This document shows, piece by piece, positions 27,637 to 41,276 of a stretch of 64,000 nucleotides of DNA. Source of the stretch: Octopus sinensis (lineage: Eukaryota); assembly GCF_006345805.1 (NCBI RefSeq), contig NC_043003.1:25172001-25236000 (forward strand), read 5' to 3'. Position numbers and translations under genes: made by a program. The number at the start of each line of letters is the position of its first letter. The first letter of the stretch is position 1. Under the pieces are notes generated by a model, which had not been told where the DNA came from, did not search any database, and saw only the letters and a program-made list of their open reading frames with translations.

Positions 27637-28227
27637 CTGTACGACATATCACATACATACACAGATGTGCGTATGCATGCCTATATGATGTATGCCTAAA
27701 TAAAGGTTATTAGAATCAAATAATAAAACTTCTTTAAAGAACAGATGAACCCAAAGCAGGGTCAATAATTATCCCGCGACACAAATTGCAATGCTGCAGA
27801 TAGTGAACGAGCGCTTTAGTGAAAGACCAGTTTACAAGTGAAAACTTTCAAGATCTCGTCAGAACATCAAACCAGGAGAAGGTAACTCTGTTGTAAAAAC
27901 TGCATCGTAGAGCTACGGTGTGTCTCATTCAATGTTGGGACACTTGCAGGAAATCCGTTCTATCATCCAAGTAATGTATTTCTGTGCACTATTGACTCTT
28001 TATATTCAATTCCATTAACAGGTACTCCCTGGAATACCAAGGAGTACCTGTAAAGAATGAACCTTCCAAAAGTGGCCGCTGTCATAGCGTCGGGTGAGAT
28101 GTCGCTGGTGTTTTACATTTATGAAATTTCGTCACTTCCGTTGTTTCTCCAATTGTGAAAGCATACTGGTCATTCACGAACAGAAGTGGATTTATACCAC
28201 ACACACACACGCACGCACACACACACA

Positions 28228-28258
<31 letters not shown>

Positions 28259-28425
28259 CACTCATGAACCATACTACATATGTAGACACTCAGATGCATA
28301 TATATATACACACATATATTACGCATTACTCTAAATATGCTTTATACCTGTATGATATACTACACACACTCAAACACACACACACACAACACACAAATTA
28401 TATGTAATATATGTATGCATATAGG

Positions 28426-28456
<31 letters not shown>

Positions 28457-28543
28457 TACATATATATATATATGCAATGCATATTATATATATATATATA
28501 TATGCATGCCATATATATATAATATATACATATATATATATAC

Positions 28544-28591
<48 letters not shown>

Positions 28592-29084
28592 CATACATAC
28601 ATATAAACAACACACATATATATACATGCATATGCATACATACATGTAAATATATATATATATATAAACATATATATAATTATACATATATACATATTAT
28701 ATATATATATATATATATAATTATATATTATATTATATATATTTGTATATACATACACATATAATAACATCGTGATGTAACAATTGAGACATCAAGTGAT
28801 GGATGGTTCTGGAAACTGGGAACCAATAGTATTAGAGAAAAGATCCTCCTTGTAGAGAGAAAAGAAAACAAACAACTCAATAGATATGATTAACATTACA
28901 CTTGTGTGTATCTGTGTATCTGTGTTTGCTTACTCATCTAGAATACAGACACTTCTTTCCTTTATTTACACGCACGTAGATGTCCATATATGGCAATTTG
29001 CTTCTCTGTAAATCACACAGGCTGAAATGAGGAATTAAATTTATGCAGATCGATGAAGTGTGTGCGTTTGAGAGAACATGTCGA

Positions 29085-29382
29085 TGTTGACGATGATGGT
29101 GACGATGATGTTGACTGTGATTGCGACGATGATGGTGATGACGATGATGCTGATGATGATGCTGAAGATGCTGCTGCTGCTGATGATGATGCTGCTGATG
29201 ATGATGCTGCTGCTAATGATGATGGTAATGATATTGATGTTTGTAGTGATGGTGGTGGTGGTGGTGGTAGTGGTGGTGGTGGTGGTGGTGGTGGCGGGGC
29301 GGCGGCGGCGGTGATGGTGGTGGTGGTATTGGCGGCGGCGTTTGCGGCAACGGTGGGGGGTGTAATGATGATGATGATGATT

Positions 29383-29414
<32 letters not shown>

Positions 29415-29546
29415 GATGACGACGACGGTGGTGGTGGTGGTAATAGGGGTGCTTATGAGGGAGATGATGATGGAGATGATGGTAGTAGCGGTGATGGTGA
29501 TGCCGGTACTGGCGGTGGTAGTGATGATAATGATGATGATGATGAT

Positions 29547-29577
<31 letters not shown>

Positions 29578-29636
29578 GCGATGATGATGATGATGATGAT
29601 AATGGATGAAACAATGGTGATAGTGATGGTGATGAC
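29085..29636. repeat. Mixed trinucleotide low-complexity tract (GAT/GCT/GGT/GCG)
   Basis: Directly visible in the sequence. Confidence 0.9.
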
Positions 29637-29989
29637 ATAATGTTCTTGTTTAGCCCCAGGTCAGCCCTGATCAATCAATCAGTCCTATGATGAAATGTCT
29701 TTTAGCCCCGTCCTCTCTGTCTTTTTATCACTATAAGTGTTTCATAGTTTGAGTTCCACAGAAGCCGAAAGCCCTCATGGTTTCTATTGCCATCAATGCA
29801 ACAGACAGGTTCTCTCTTTTGCACTGGTAGTCTCATTGCTTTCATCCTTGTCCCTAAGACATGGCGCAGTTCTGGAACAGCCCTTTTGAATGTTCTTTTG
29901 GGGACTCATTAAGACTTGCAAGCCCTTACAAATTCCTTTCCACTCCATGTCATTTCTTGTGATCTAGGTATTCACAAGCTGCTCATATT

Positions 29990-30408
29990 CTTTTCTACTC
30001 TAGGCACAAAGCACCCCAATTTTTTTTTTGCGGGGGGAAGTCAATTAGATCGATCTCAGTATGCAGCTGGTACTTAATTTATCGATTCCGAAAAGATGAA
30101 AGGCAAAGTCGACCTCGGCGGAATTTGAACTCAGAACGTAAACACAGACGAAATACCACTAAGTATTTCGCCGGGCGTGCAAACGTTTCTTATTTCTTTA
30201 TTGTCCACAAGGGGCTAAACATAGAGGGGACAAACAAGGACAGACAAGATTAGATCGACCCCAGTGCGTAACTGGTACTTAATTTATCGACCCCGAAAGG
30301 ATGAAAGGCAAAGTCGACCTCGGCGGAATTTGAACTCCGAACGTAGCGGCAGACGAAATACTGCTAAGCATTTCGCCCGGCGTGCTAACGTTTCTGCCAG
30401 CTCACCGC
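29990..30408 (-). mobile_element. SINE family B dimer (B2-tailed copy upstream of a standard-tail copy)
   Basis: On the minus strand: head-body-B2 tail (..AATAAAGAAATA)-AGAAACGTTTGCACG..-body-standard tail. Confidence 0.8.
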
Positions 30409-31554
30409 GTTACAACCTGCTCATATACTCAATAAAGGTAGCCTTGAACCAGGCGTCAATGCTCCTGCTAATGTCACTAATTGTCATTCTTGTATTGCAC
30501 GGTACCATATATGGACGGATGCGCAAGGTATATGTTGCATTAAGCCTATCTACTGCTTCATTATACTCTTGTTAAAAACCTGGCAGACACAGCTACTTGG
30601 TATGTTTCTGCCCGGAGGCGTTATAACAGCAGAGTAAGGGGACAGCAGCAGAGGTTGTCTGCTTTGTCTGTTTTTGTAACGGGTCAAAGAAACTGCTGTT
30701 TCCAACTTCATCACGACCACCATCGATGGCAACTATGAGAATAACGGAGGAAATCGTCTCCGTCCTTGGTGTCAGGATCCGGCGACCTGCTCTCATAGTC
30801 ACAATCGGAGCAATGGTAGAAACCCTAGCGGTGCAAGAAAAGGAGATGAGCGATGGATGAAGCGGGGCGGCAAACTGTCGGTGGGAAAAGGAAAAGGAAG
30901 AGATGAAAGTCCCTCTCCATCTAAAATATAAGGAAATAAATAAATGAATGAATAAAAATAAAAATGCAAAACTTTCGAGCAGAATGAGAGTAAGTCATGC
31001 ATAAAGGATTCCATCTTCCTATACTGAATTGCCTGAAGATGACAGTCCTTCAAATAGCCAGCGTGTGACTGGTAGACATTTTGAATGACATGAATAAAGA
31101 CGAAGGAGAAATATAAAAACATTGTGGAGGAAATAAAGTTCAGCAATGGACTATTAATGAAAACCCACTCCCAAAGTCTATGAACTGTTAGATTCCATGT
31201 AGACTCGAGCCCTTTCTCATCTACTCCGACTGTTCCGTTACTCACAGGAATCTTTAGAACTGAAGTCATGGGGTTACTCGATCAAACCCAAACGGTGCCT
31301 TTTCATTGATATGTCGGCGGGTCGTCCTTATTTGCTTTACAATTTTATTTATATACTTTATGCTTTAATTTTATATATTTACGTGCTTTTGTGTTAATTT
31401 AAAACAGTTTTGGCAATCCAGTACAGTTGAATAATATCCTTGTCTCAACAATAATTCTTATATAGCTATGTATTCACATTGTTACGAGTTCTTAACTCCC
31501 CTTTTTGAAGTTTTGTTGCATGCACGACAGGCCCCCTGGTTAAAAGGAAATGAT

Positions 31555-31766
<212 letters not shown>

Positions 31767-32274
31767 GTCCTGATGCAATACCAGGCAGTAGCTCTCATGG
31801 CTTCTGATCTTAAATGATTGGAAGTGTTACCATGTACACGTTTTGTCCTGGTGTAAAAGATGGGCTACAGCAAATATTCTGCTCAATACCACAGATTTGC
31901 TTGTCAGTTGTTTGACCATAATCATGTTTGAGCATACCCCTTAGTGGCTGACGATATGCATCCCTGATCACGAGTAGTGGTAGTGGGGGAGCATCATGGC
32001 TGTGTTGAGAGGGATTTTCGAAGGTTTGAATAATTCACCCTAGAAACGTAGGTGTTTAGTTCATCATCCTTAAACAATCCTTATTCAAAGACCTTTTGAG
32101 CAGGGTGGGCTATTCGTCCTGAAGAAAATTCTAACTAGGCCCCCACCTACAAAGTCATGCGCTGTTTATCACCATGTCGTGTACATATGGTTGTAATGCA
32201 TGTGCCTGGTGTACCTTTATCGGACAGGTAGTCATGATGGGTATATCCGGCTTCGTATGTTTGTACCCTCACTC

Positions 32275-32322
<48 letters not shown>

Positions 32323-32323
<1 letters not shown>

Positions 32324-32495
32324 GGGGCTGAAATAAAGGTGGAGCACTTGCAGAAAACAGCACTGCTTGGAACCGCTCGACTACTCCGAATGGTGCTCGA
32401 AAAATAAGGAGTGTAACCTTAGTTCACTGGTAGTGAACAGCCGGCACCGCATTACATCTCCAGCGTTAGAAGCTGTGCAAAGACAATAAATAATA
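32323..32495 (+). mobile_element. 3' end of a Dong/R4-like RLE retrotransposon inserted in (TAA)n
   Basis: GAEIKVEHLQKTALLGTARLLRMVLEK* matches the Dong/R4 C-terminal LQK..LLGTA.ILR motif; (AAT)n on both sides. Confidence 0.8.
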
Positions 32496-32649
32496 ATAAT
32501 CAAGATAACAACAACAACAACAACAACAACGACGACGACTACGACGACAACGACGACGACGACGACGACTATGATGATGCTGCTGCTGCTGATGACGATG
32601 ATGACTAAAGAACGGATTATCATTACTTCAAGGGTTTAAATTTTTATGA

Positions 32650-33900
32650 CATGCTTTCACTACACTACTTAGCATAGATCTGTGGGCCTTGGGATATGTA
32701 TAATTGTTTTGTATTTTTGTTATATTTTCTATTGTATTGAAAGTACTTTACGTAATATGTATGTCGCGCCTAGTTAAGCTATGTTCTCTATGTTGCGGAC
32801 ATTTGTAAGCCCTACGCCCTTCGTTGCTTATTTTTCTACATTCCAACTGCATCTGTCATTACAGAAGTTGTTTCTGTTCTCAGTTTTCCCACATTCAGGT
32901 TGTCTCTATTTCCAGATCTTTATATTTAGATAATCCTTCAAGTCTTTTCAGAGATAATTTTCGTCTGTTTGGGGACTGTTGCTTCGTTTACAGGGCATTT
33001 CTTTTCCTGACGATCCTTGACTTAATTTATGCATGTCTAATGGTATACCCCCAAAGTATGGTCGATTCGTCAAGCCCCATTTCCCCTACTCTCTTTGTGT
33101 ATTGGAATATCTCAAAGTATTGTTATTTTATCATTCCTCGAGACTTTGGTATTCTATAACCTCATTCTCTTCTCTTTGTGCCTTGGCATGTCCCAGAGTT
33201 TGATATTTTGCTATTCCCTGAGATTCTTTCACCAAATTTTTAACTTATTTTCTCAAATTTTCACAATTTCTGCTATTCTTTCTCCTTTTCTTCTAATAAC
33301 TGTCTGTCATTTCACTCTATTTTTCATCTGTTGACTTCCTTGAAGACAAAAAAAAAAAAAAAGATTTTTTTCACTTAGATCATGTTCTGTAGCTATTTCT
33401 ATTAGTTTTCCTTTTTCTCTCTACAATATACATTTTCAGTACTACTGTGTATATTCTATCATAATTTTCAAATTGCAGAAGGTTCCTAGCTCTCTGTATT
33501 TGCTGCGAATATTATCATTCTATGACTGATTTTGGGTTGTTTATTCTAAATGCAGTCATTATTTTACTTGCTTTTTTATGTATAGTCTTGCTAGTTCATT
33601 TAGCTTCCAACTGAGACTATTTTAACCATAACTTATAGGGAGAACTGGCGTATTGGCTTCGATTTATTTATCACTTTTTTTTTATTTTTGGAATAAACTT
33701 CTTTTTTCCATGGTTGTTGTTGGAGCTGTGTTTTCCCTGTTGTTGGTGTTCTTTGTTATTGGTTATGATTTCGTTGATGTTTTTGCTGTAGTTGTTGCGG
33801 ATTTGGCTACGAAGAGTATGAAGAAAGGAGGGAATTCTAAACGTGGAAATTATGGGCATGACAATCTAAAGGAGGAAATAATTAAAGGATTGAAATCAAT
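32650..33900 (-). mobile_element. Decayed, probably internally deleted Dong/R4-like element
   Basis: Minus strand at ~32860-33140 gives ..ITIL..IP..KE..; LSKYKDLEIETT*MW (RLE domain). The upstream part is heavily decayed and its boundary is uncertain. Confidence 0.55.
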
Positions 33901-34218
33901 ATATATATTTTTAGGAAAGGAATACAGAAGTCTCCCAGACCTACTCAGGAGGTTTTAATTGTCTGATTGGTCCTGGTTGAACTTCTCGAATCTTCTGATG
34001 TGGACTTGGATAAATCGCATCTGGTTCCCCAGAACGATTTATAATTCATTTAGGTCAGTAGATAATGATGGTTTCGGGTGACCAAAATTTGGGTTGGTCG
34101 ACTATACAAACCACAAAGATGTAATCTGTGGTCAGCTTGGATAGGACGAATAGGTAGGAACTCAATCACTGGAAGCTAAAGACGTCGTTATCGGCGCGAA
34201 TAGCCAACAGCATCCGGA

Positions 34219-34410
34219 GTGGAGGCGCAATGGCCCAGTGGTTAGAGCAGCGGACTCGCGGTCGTAAGAACGTGGTTTCGATTCCCGGTCCGGGCATTAT
34301 GAGTGTTTATTGAGCAAAAACACCTAAGCTCCACGAGGCTCCAGCGGGGGTGGTCATGAATCCCGCTGTACACTTTCACCACAACTTTCTATCACTCTTT
34401 CTTCCTACTT
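34219..34410 (+). mobile_element. SINE family C (further copies ~37145-37460, 37989-38290, 38911-39210, 39636-39925, 48455-48712 (-), 63560-63810, 63955-64000)
   Basis: GTGGAGGCGCAATGGCCCAGTGGTTAGAGCAGCGGACTCGCGGTC..GTTTCGATTCCC tRNA-like head. Confidence 0.8.
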
Positions 34411-34839
34411 CTGCCACAAAGCAGAGGAACCATGGTGTAACTCTCTATGGTGTAGTAAACTTTCAGACCCTAGTCTAGATTGCGAATCCTCTGTACCCCA
34501 GGATAGTTCAGCTCTCCACCCGTTAAAAGCCACCATTTACGGAATGAGGATAACAACGTAGCTTCCGCGCCCGTACAACCGCAAGTCTATCGCGTGTGGT
34601 GGGTGGACCCTCAAGTTGCCGCACGCATTCTTAGTAGCTTAGAGTAGGCTCGAATTAGAGATTATTCTTTGTGGCTAAAGGCGTGAGTCCTGATTGGAAG
34701 AAGAAGAAGAAGAAGAAGAAGACAGCAACTGGACTAGTTTAGCAGGAATTGATTAGGCGATCGTTAAGTGAATCGCCAAGCAGATCTTTTTGAAGAGAGC
34801 TTAGAGCTAAGACAACGATCTCTTTGACATTAAGTTATG

Positions 34840-35640
34840 AAAGTAGAGAAAACATCACCGATAAGTTTCGGTCCATGATCCTGCCGAACGAAACGTTTAA
34901 AATTTTGGCCAAGTTACTCACGAAAAGGCTGACGTTTGTTCTCAGCAGTCTGACCAGGAGAGGGCGACTCGAGTCATTTCTGGCACGTCTATCCACAACA
35001 ACTTCCACCTAATGTGGTACGTCGTAAAAAATTGTGAATAGAAAAAAGTGACTTTGGTGAGGTTCTGATCCAGGTAGAGCCAATCAAGACCTTCCAATTG
35101 GGCCAATCAAGACCTTTCAATTGGGCCAATCAAGATCTTCCAATTGGCCCAATCTTATCCAATTAAGACCTTCCAATTGGGCCAATCATGTTTATTTAGC
35201 ATCTGACTTCAGTGCAGTCGTGTTTGATCTTTCTTCAAGGGCTGAATCCCTTCATTGTACATAGGTACTGCTCGATGGTTAGACTAAACGAAATTGCCAA
35301 CTAGTGGAACCATTTCAAATCATAAGCTTGGTCCATCAACCATATTTTCTCTCGTAGCTCACGTACGTATTTCGCTTGAGGCAGTACTGCAGAAGCTGGA
35401 GGTAATGAGAAGCATTTTGCTTGAGCAAGGACGGAGAAGCACCGCATCAGTAAACACTGACAACGTCATTGACCACAGGAACAGAGGTGGATGGTACCAT
35501 ATTGACGGAAAATGAAGAGGTAGGTGACGGATACGTTAAGCAGAAAAAGTCGGTCAGTTTGAAACTCGGAGTTTCAAGCCAAACAGATATGCATCGAGGA
35601 TTACAAGGTCGGCAATTTTCTTAAAATGCATAGGGCCAGT
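34840..35640 (+). pseudogene. L1/Tx1-type reverse transcriptase remnant
   Basis: DKFRSMILPNETFKILAKLLTKRL (cf. FRPITLLN..KILAKVLAKRL), a decayed DQSKAF region, LEAVLQKLE (cf. LEPLLRKL) and VNTDNV (cf. YADDV). Confidence 0.7.
35079..35188. repeat. 23-bp tandem repeat (GCCAATCAAGACCTTCCAATTGG), ~4.5 copies
   Basis: Directly visible; lies inside the Tx1 RT remnant. Confidence 0.9.
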
Positions 35641-36194
35641 CATTCACGTAGATAGGAACTAGAACAAGGTCTGAATAAAGTAAGCAGAAATCGGTCTGAG
35701 AGGACGCTATCTTTAAAGGCCGGGCAGACCCCTCATTATCAACGTGATTGTCAACATTGTCGTCATTACAATGACACATCCTCCTCCTCCTCCTCATCAT
35801 CATCATTATAATCATCATCAATGGCAGCAGTAGCAGCGACATCCTCATCGTCGTTGTCATCACGCTAACAAGATTCCGCAATCATCGTCGTCATCATCAT
35901 AGTCGTCGTTGTCATCCTCCTCCTCCTCCTCATCATCATCATCGTCGCCGTCGTCGTCGTCGTCATCATCATCATCACCAACACACTGACAACAGCGCTA
36001 AGAAGGGAACCCGCTCGGACATGAAGTCACTTGATTTGGCAGGCAAGCAGAGAAATGAAATAGTTATTTCAAGGTCAGCAGAAACAGAAAACTAAACTGT
36101 TCAGGTTCATAGTTTCATATGTCCGATGCTCCACCCCTCCATATTCGAACAGACGACCAACAGACTTCCAACTCCTCTTAAAGGGGTACCCATT

Positions 36195-36401
36195 CTCTTT
36201 ACTCTTTTACTTGTTTAAGTCATTTGACTGTGGCCATGCTGGAGCACCGCCTTTAGTCGAGCAAATCGACCCCAGGACTTATTCTTTGTAAGCCTAGTAC
36301 TTATTCTATCGGTCTCTTTTTGCCGAACCGCTAAGTTACGGGGACGCAAACACAGCAGCATCGGTTGTCAAGCGATGTTGAGGGGACAAATACAGATACA
36401 C

Positions 36402-36482
<81 letters not shown>

Positions 36483-36780
36483 ATTTTTTTCATACTTACA
36501 TTAAATTCTCTGAAGAGGCCGTGAGACATTCTTGTTAATGTCTCATTTATACCTGCTTTATATAGCTAATAGGTTAAATGGGACATACCTGTCTTCACGG
36601 CCGAAACAGCTGTCAGCTACAATATAAATGTATTTTCTATTTCTATTTCTATGTCTTGTTATATTTGTAATATATTAGGTATAATATCATTGCTGTTGTG
36701 TAATGGTTTAATAAAGTATTGATTGGGCATTATCTGATGGTTGATGATTGATTTAGGTATTTTTCTCCATTTTCTCATTT

Positions 36781-36819
<39 letters not shown>

Positions 36820-36960
36820 GACGGGCTTCTTTCAGTTTCTGTCCACCAAATCCACTCAAGGCTTTAATCGGCCCGAGGCTATAGTAGAAGACACTTGCCC
36901 AAGGTGCCAAACAGTGGGACTGAACCCGGAACCATGTGGTTGGTAAGCAAACTACTTACC
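36195..36960 (-). mobile_element. SINE family A interrupted, within its (TA)n tract, by a ~300 bp element (36481-36783)
   Basis: Tail half at 36195-36400 and head half at 36818-36960, with the insert between TA runs. Confidence 0.85.
36504..36620 (+). ncRNA. Type I hammerhead ribozyme-like motif with a multi-hairpin insertion in stem II
   Basis: CTGAAGA (36510-16), stem II GGCCGTGA/TCACGGCC, GAAAC-AGCT-GTC (palindromic helix III, GUC triplet). Stem I is only 2 bp in this copy. Confidence 0.65.
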
Positions 36961-39900
36961 TCTCCTCTTAGCAAGAAAGTGGCTGAGCGCTCCACAGATA
37001 TGTGTACCTATTTCTTTACTACCCACACTTTACTACCCGTCTCTTCTGCGCCTCATTACAAGATCTTACAAACCACAAATTTATAGTCTTCTAATCTATC
37101 TATTCCATCCTTTAACTTTTACCTACCACAAAAGCGCCTCGTAAAAGCGCTTCGTTTAGTAGTTAGGGTATTCGGCTCACGATCGTGAGGTCGTGATTTC
37201 GATTCCCGGCGATGCGTTCTGACCTTAAGCAAGACACTTTATTTTACGATGCTCCAGTCCATTTAGCTGGCAAAAATAATTAGTACCTGAAAATCAAAGG
37301 GGCCAGCTTTGTCACATTCTGTGTCATGCTGAAGCTCCTTGAGAACTACGTTACGGGTACGCGTGTCTGTGAAGTGCTCAGCCACTTGTACGTTAATCTT
37401 ACGTGCAGGCTGTTCCGTTGATCGGATCAATTGGAACACTCGTCATCGTTACCAACGGAGATCCTGGCCATATATACCACAAGCTGCCGAATTCACATTC
37501 TTGATAGAGAAAATTTTAACCACTCTTGATTTTGAAGAACTCAGAAGAATATATATCAATATTGAAAAGCAACATATCAAATATATGCAATAAAATGTAT
37601 ATTTTTCATGCTTTTTTTTGTTTGTCATGAAATAAATGTAACGTATTGTACGATTCTATTAAGTAATGGAAGAAACGCCCAGTGTCCATTCAACAATGTC
37701 TACAGCCTTGAAAGAAACTTGAAGTGGTGTCTACTGTTTGGGTGTTGGCTTAAAAATGTAAAATGAAAAGCCCTGAAAGTGATGCCGTGTATGCAACACC
37801 TGATAAGTCTTTATAATATTACAATAACATTCCTAAGTATACAAATGACGTAAGTGAATTGAAATAAACTAACTCAGAAATAGAACCTCAGCTCTCAGTT
37901 TCAGCTCACAGGGAGTTTATCTATCTACACTACATTTCTCGTCTCTGCTGCCTTTAATAATAATTTTGTACAAGGTATAAATTTTGGTGTGGAGGCACAT
38001 GGCCTAGTGGTTAGAGCAGTGGACTCGCGGTCGAGGGATCGCGGGTTCGAATCTCAGAGCGGGCGATCTGTGTATGTTTATGAGCGAAGCACCTATGCTC
38101 CACGCGGCTCCGGCAGAAGGTAATGACGAACTTCTGCTGACTCTTTCGCCACAACTTTCTCTCACTCTTTCCTCCTGCATCATGCAGCTCACCTGCGACG
38201 GACCAGCGTCCAGTACAGGAGGGAACTATACGCCAAGGAAACCGGGAAACCGTCCCTAATGAGCCAGGCGTGGCTCGAGTCGGAACAAAATAAATTTTGG
38301 TATAAAGATACAGGGCTACGAATTTGGCGAGTGGAGTCAGTTAAGTCGGCCTCAGTTCTTAAATGTTACTTTATTTCAGCAATCCCCAGAAAGCTGTAAT
38401 GCTTTTCCCTAGAAAATGTCAATCTCGAAGGGATTTTTTATCTCTATAATAATCCTTTCTACTATAGGCACGAGGCTTGAAATTGTTGGGGGCTAGTCGA
38501 TTACACCGATCCCATTGTTCACCTGGTACTCATTTTATCATTCCCAAAAGGATGAAAGACGCAGTGGAATTTGAACTCAGAACGTAAAGACGGACGAAAC
38601 ACCATTGAGTATTTGGTTCGGCATGCTAACGATTCTGCTAGCACACGACTTTAATAATAAAGGTTTATAATTTAACAACTTGAATTTTGAGAGGAGGGTA
38701 TTAATTAATACTATCGACCCCAGTACTAGAGTAATACACTATTCTATCAACCCTGGATGGATGAAAGGCGAAGTGGGTCTTAGCAGGGTTTGAACTTAAG
38801 ATGTAAAGAAACGGAAAAAATTACGCAAGGTATTTTGCCCGGCGCTCTGACGATTCTGCCAATCCACTACTCTTCTACTACTCTTAATAATAATATCTAA
38901 TAAGGTTGCAGTGGAGGCGCAATGGCCCAGTGGTTAGGGCAGCGGACTTGCGGTCGGAGGATCGCAGTTTCGATTCCCAGACCAGGTGTTGTGTGTGTTT
39001 ATTGAGCGAAAACACCTAAAAAGTTCCACGAGGCTCCGGCAGCGGGTGGTGGTGACCCCTGTTGTACTCTTTCGCCCCAAATTTCTCTCACTGTTTCTTG
39101 AGTAACGCTGCGATCGACTGGCGTCCCGTCCAGCTGGGAGAACACATACGCCATAGAAACCGAGAAACCGGGCCCATGAGCCTGGCTAGGCTTGAAAAGG
39201 GCGCATAAATAATTAATAATAAATAAAATAAGGTAGCGAACTGGCAAAATTGTTAGCATGCCGGGCAAAATGCTCAGCGGCGTTTCGTCAGTCTTGACAT
39301 TCCGAGGTCGACTTTGCCTTTTATCTTATCGAGAAGGATAAAATGAATACTTTTTGAGCACTGGGGTCAACTTAACTCCTACTTCGAAATTGCTGGCCTT
39401 GTGCCAAAATTTACCAATAATCCTTTCTACTATAGGTCGCAAAAACGGAGGAAGTAGTTCGTTGATTAAATCGTCTTTGATTGGTACTTTACCTCATCGT
39501 TCTCGATGTTCACTATGACGGGATTTGAACCCACTATCTTTAATAATGGTTTCCAGTATGAGCACAAAGCCTAAATTTAGAATTTGAGGGTAGAAGTTAG
39601 TACTTAATTGCTACTTTATTTTATCGGGAATGAAGGGGCGTGGCTTGATGGTTAGGGGTATTTGGCTCACGATCGTAAGGTTGTAAGTTCGATACACGGC
39701 GGCGCGGTGCGTCCCTTAGCAAAGCACTTTATTCAGTCAGCTGGCAAAAATAAGTAGAACTTTTATTTCAAAGGGCCAGCCTTGTCACATTCTGTGTCAC
39801 GCTGAATCTTCTTGGAAACTGCGTTAAAGGTATGTATATCTGCGGAGTACTCAGCCACTTGCATGCTAATTTCCCGAGCAGGCAGTTCCATTAATCGGAT

Positions 39901-40061
39901 CAACTGGGACACCCGTCGTTGTACTCGACAGAGTGCCAGTAGTTTATCGAGAAGATTTATTTGCGTAAACCATCTTACCGAGTACTTGACTGGTAGCTTA
40001 TTTCATTGACCCTAGAGGGATGAAAGCAAAGTTGACCTCAACGGTATTTGAACTCAGACAA

Positions 40062-40290
40062 GGCGGCGAGCTGGCAAAAATGTTAGCACGCCGGGCGAAA
40101 TGCGTAGCCGTATTTCGTCTGCCGTTACGTTCTGAGTTCAAATTCTGCCGAGGTCGACTTTGCCTTTCATCCTTTCGGGGTCGATTAAATAAAAACCAGT
40201 TACGCACTGGGATCGATATAATCGATTTAATCCGTTTGTCTGTCCTTGTTTGTCCTCTGTGTTTAGCCCCTTGTGGGTAGCAAAGAAATA
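40062..40290 (+). mobile_element. SINE B2 inserted into an older minus-strand SINE B, with a ~16 bp TSD
   Basis: TSD GGTATTTGAACTCAGA (~40043-40058) / GGTATTTGAAATCAGA (40291-40306). Confidence 0.8.
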
Positions 40291-41026
40291 GGTATTTGAA
40301 ATCAGAACGCCAGAACCTCAAAGCATTTCTCTCTCACTCTAAAGATTCTGCAATTTCGTAACCTGCTCGACTTCGAAAGAATGATTTCCGATTTTGGCAC
40401 AAGGCCAGCAATTTTGAGGGGAGAATGTTGTTCGATACCATTGGCACCCAGTAATTAAATGGTACTGTTTGCGTGCTATCGGCCTCGAGGGAATGAAAAG
40501 TAAAAAGCAGAGTTGATCCGGACGGTATTTGAACTCAGGGCGCAAAAACCCAGAATAAATCCCGAAAGAGGTTCTCATTCTAACGATTGGCGTTGAAGGA
40601 AGAAAGCCTGAATTTGACCTCTGCTTGATCTGATATGCTTCCTATATACAAGGATAGACTATTTTACATAGACTAGATTAAGCTTTGTTGGTCCCTATAT
40701 AATCTAAAGGGGCGTCATCTTTGTTGAAAGGAGAAAAATTAGTAAGTAAAATATTTTATAAAGGTATTTAAAAACATTTAAACATTCCTGGTAACAAGTA
40801 AAACTCCCACACTCTAACAGATTAGAGAGAAATATTCTATTCTTTTGTATATATTTTTATTATCTGTCTTAATCAGGTATGTAAGAGTGACTGGCAATAC
40901 ATACAAAACAAGGTGTATGTAGGTATGTGTGTATGTATGTACACGTATATATACATACATATATACATACATATATACATACATACTTACTATATGCATA
41001 TATATATGTACACACATACATATATA

Positions 41027-41276
41027 TTGGGATGGTGCGTAATTATTGCGGCTTTTTTTTCAACAAATTTTATTCAACAAATACAATAACAACATGTAAC
41101 AAAAACATCTTTAAAGGACTCTTCCAGAGCACATTCACCATCTACTTCAATTATTTCTTCCCATTTGCTTGGTAGGCGGTCAGACCGTCACTTAAAGATG
41201 TTTTTGTTAAATATTGTTATTGTGTTTGTGGAATAAAATTTGTTGAAAAAGCCGCAATAATTATGCACCAACCCTA
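41027..41276. mobile_element. Mariner-derived palindromic MITE (same family as 25716, opposite orientation)
   Basis: TA|TTGGGATGGTGCGTAATTATTGCGGC...GCCGCAATAATTATGCACCAACCCTA|TA. Confidence 0.85.

Noticed and set aside
27790-28095. Candidate plus-strand coding exons
   Set aside because: The first candidate has stops in all frames; the second is short, overlaps a hairpin and encodes no recognisable peptide.
29053-29640. 195-aa Asp/Gly/Met-rich ORF
   Set aside because: It is a translation of mixed trinucleotide microsatellites, with no domain or splice evidence.
30500-31550. Possible LINE ORF1/zinc-knuckle remnant with a 3' tail
   Set aside because: Only a weak CFVC-like trace with many stops; too decayed to call.
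34219-34295. Possible tRNA gene (also 38911, 18706, 48640-48712)
   Set aside because: These are SINE heads: they continue into shared SINE bodies and lack a proper acceptor stem and terminator.
35079-35188. CRISPR-like short repeats
   Set aside because: The units are directly tandem without unique spacers, there are no cas genes, and the context is eukaryotic.
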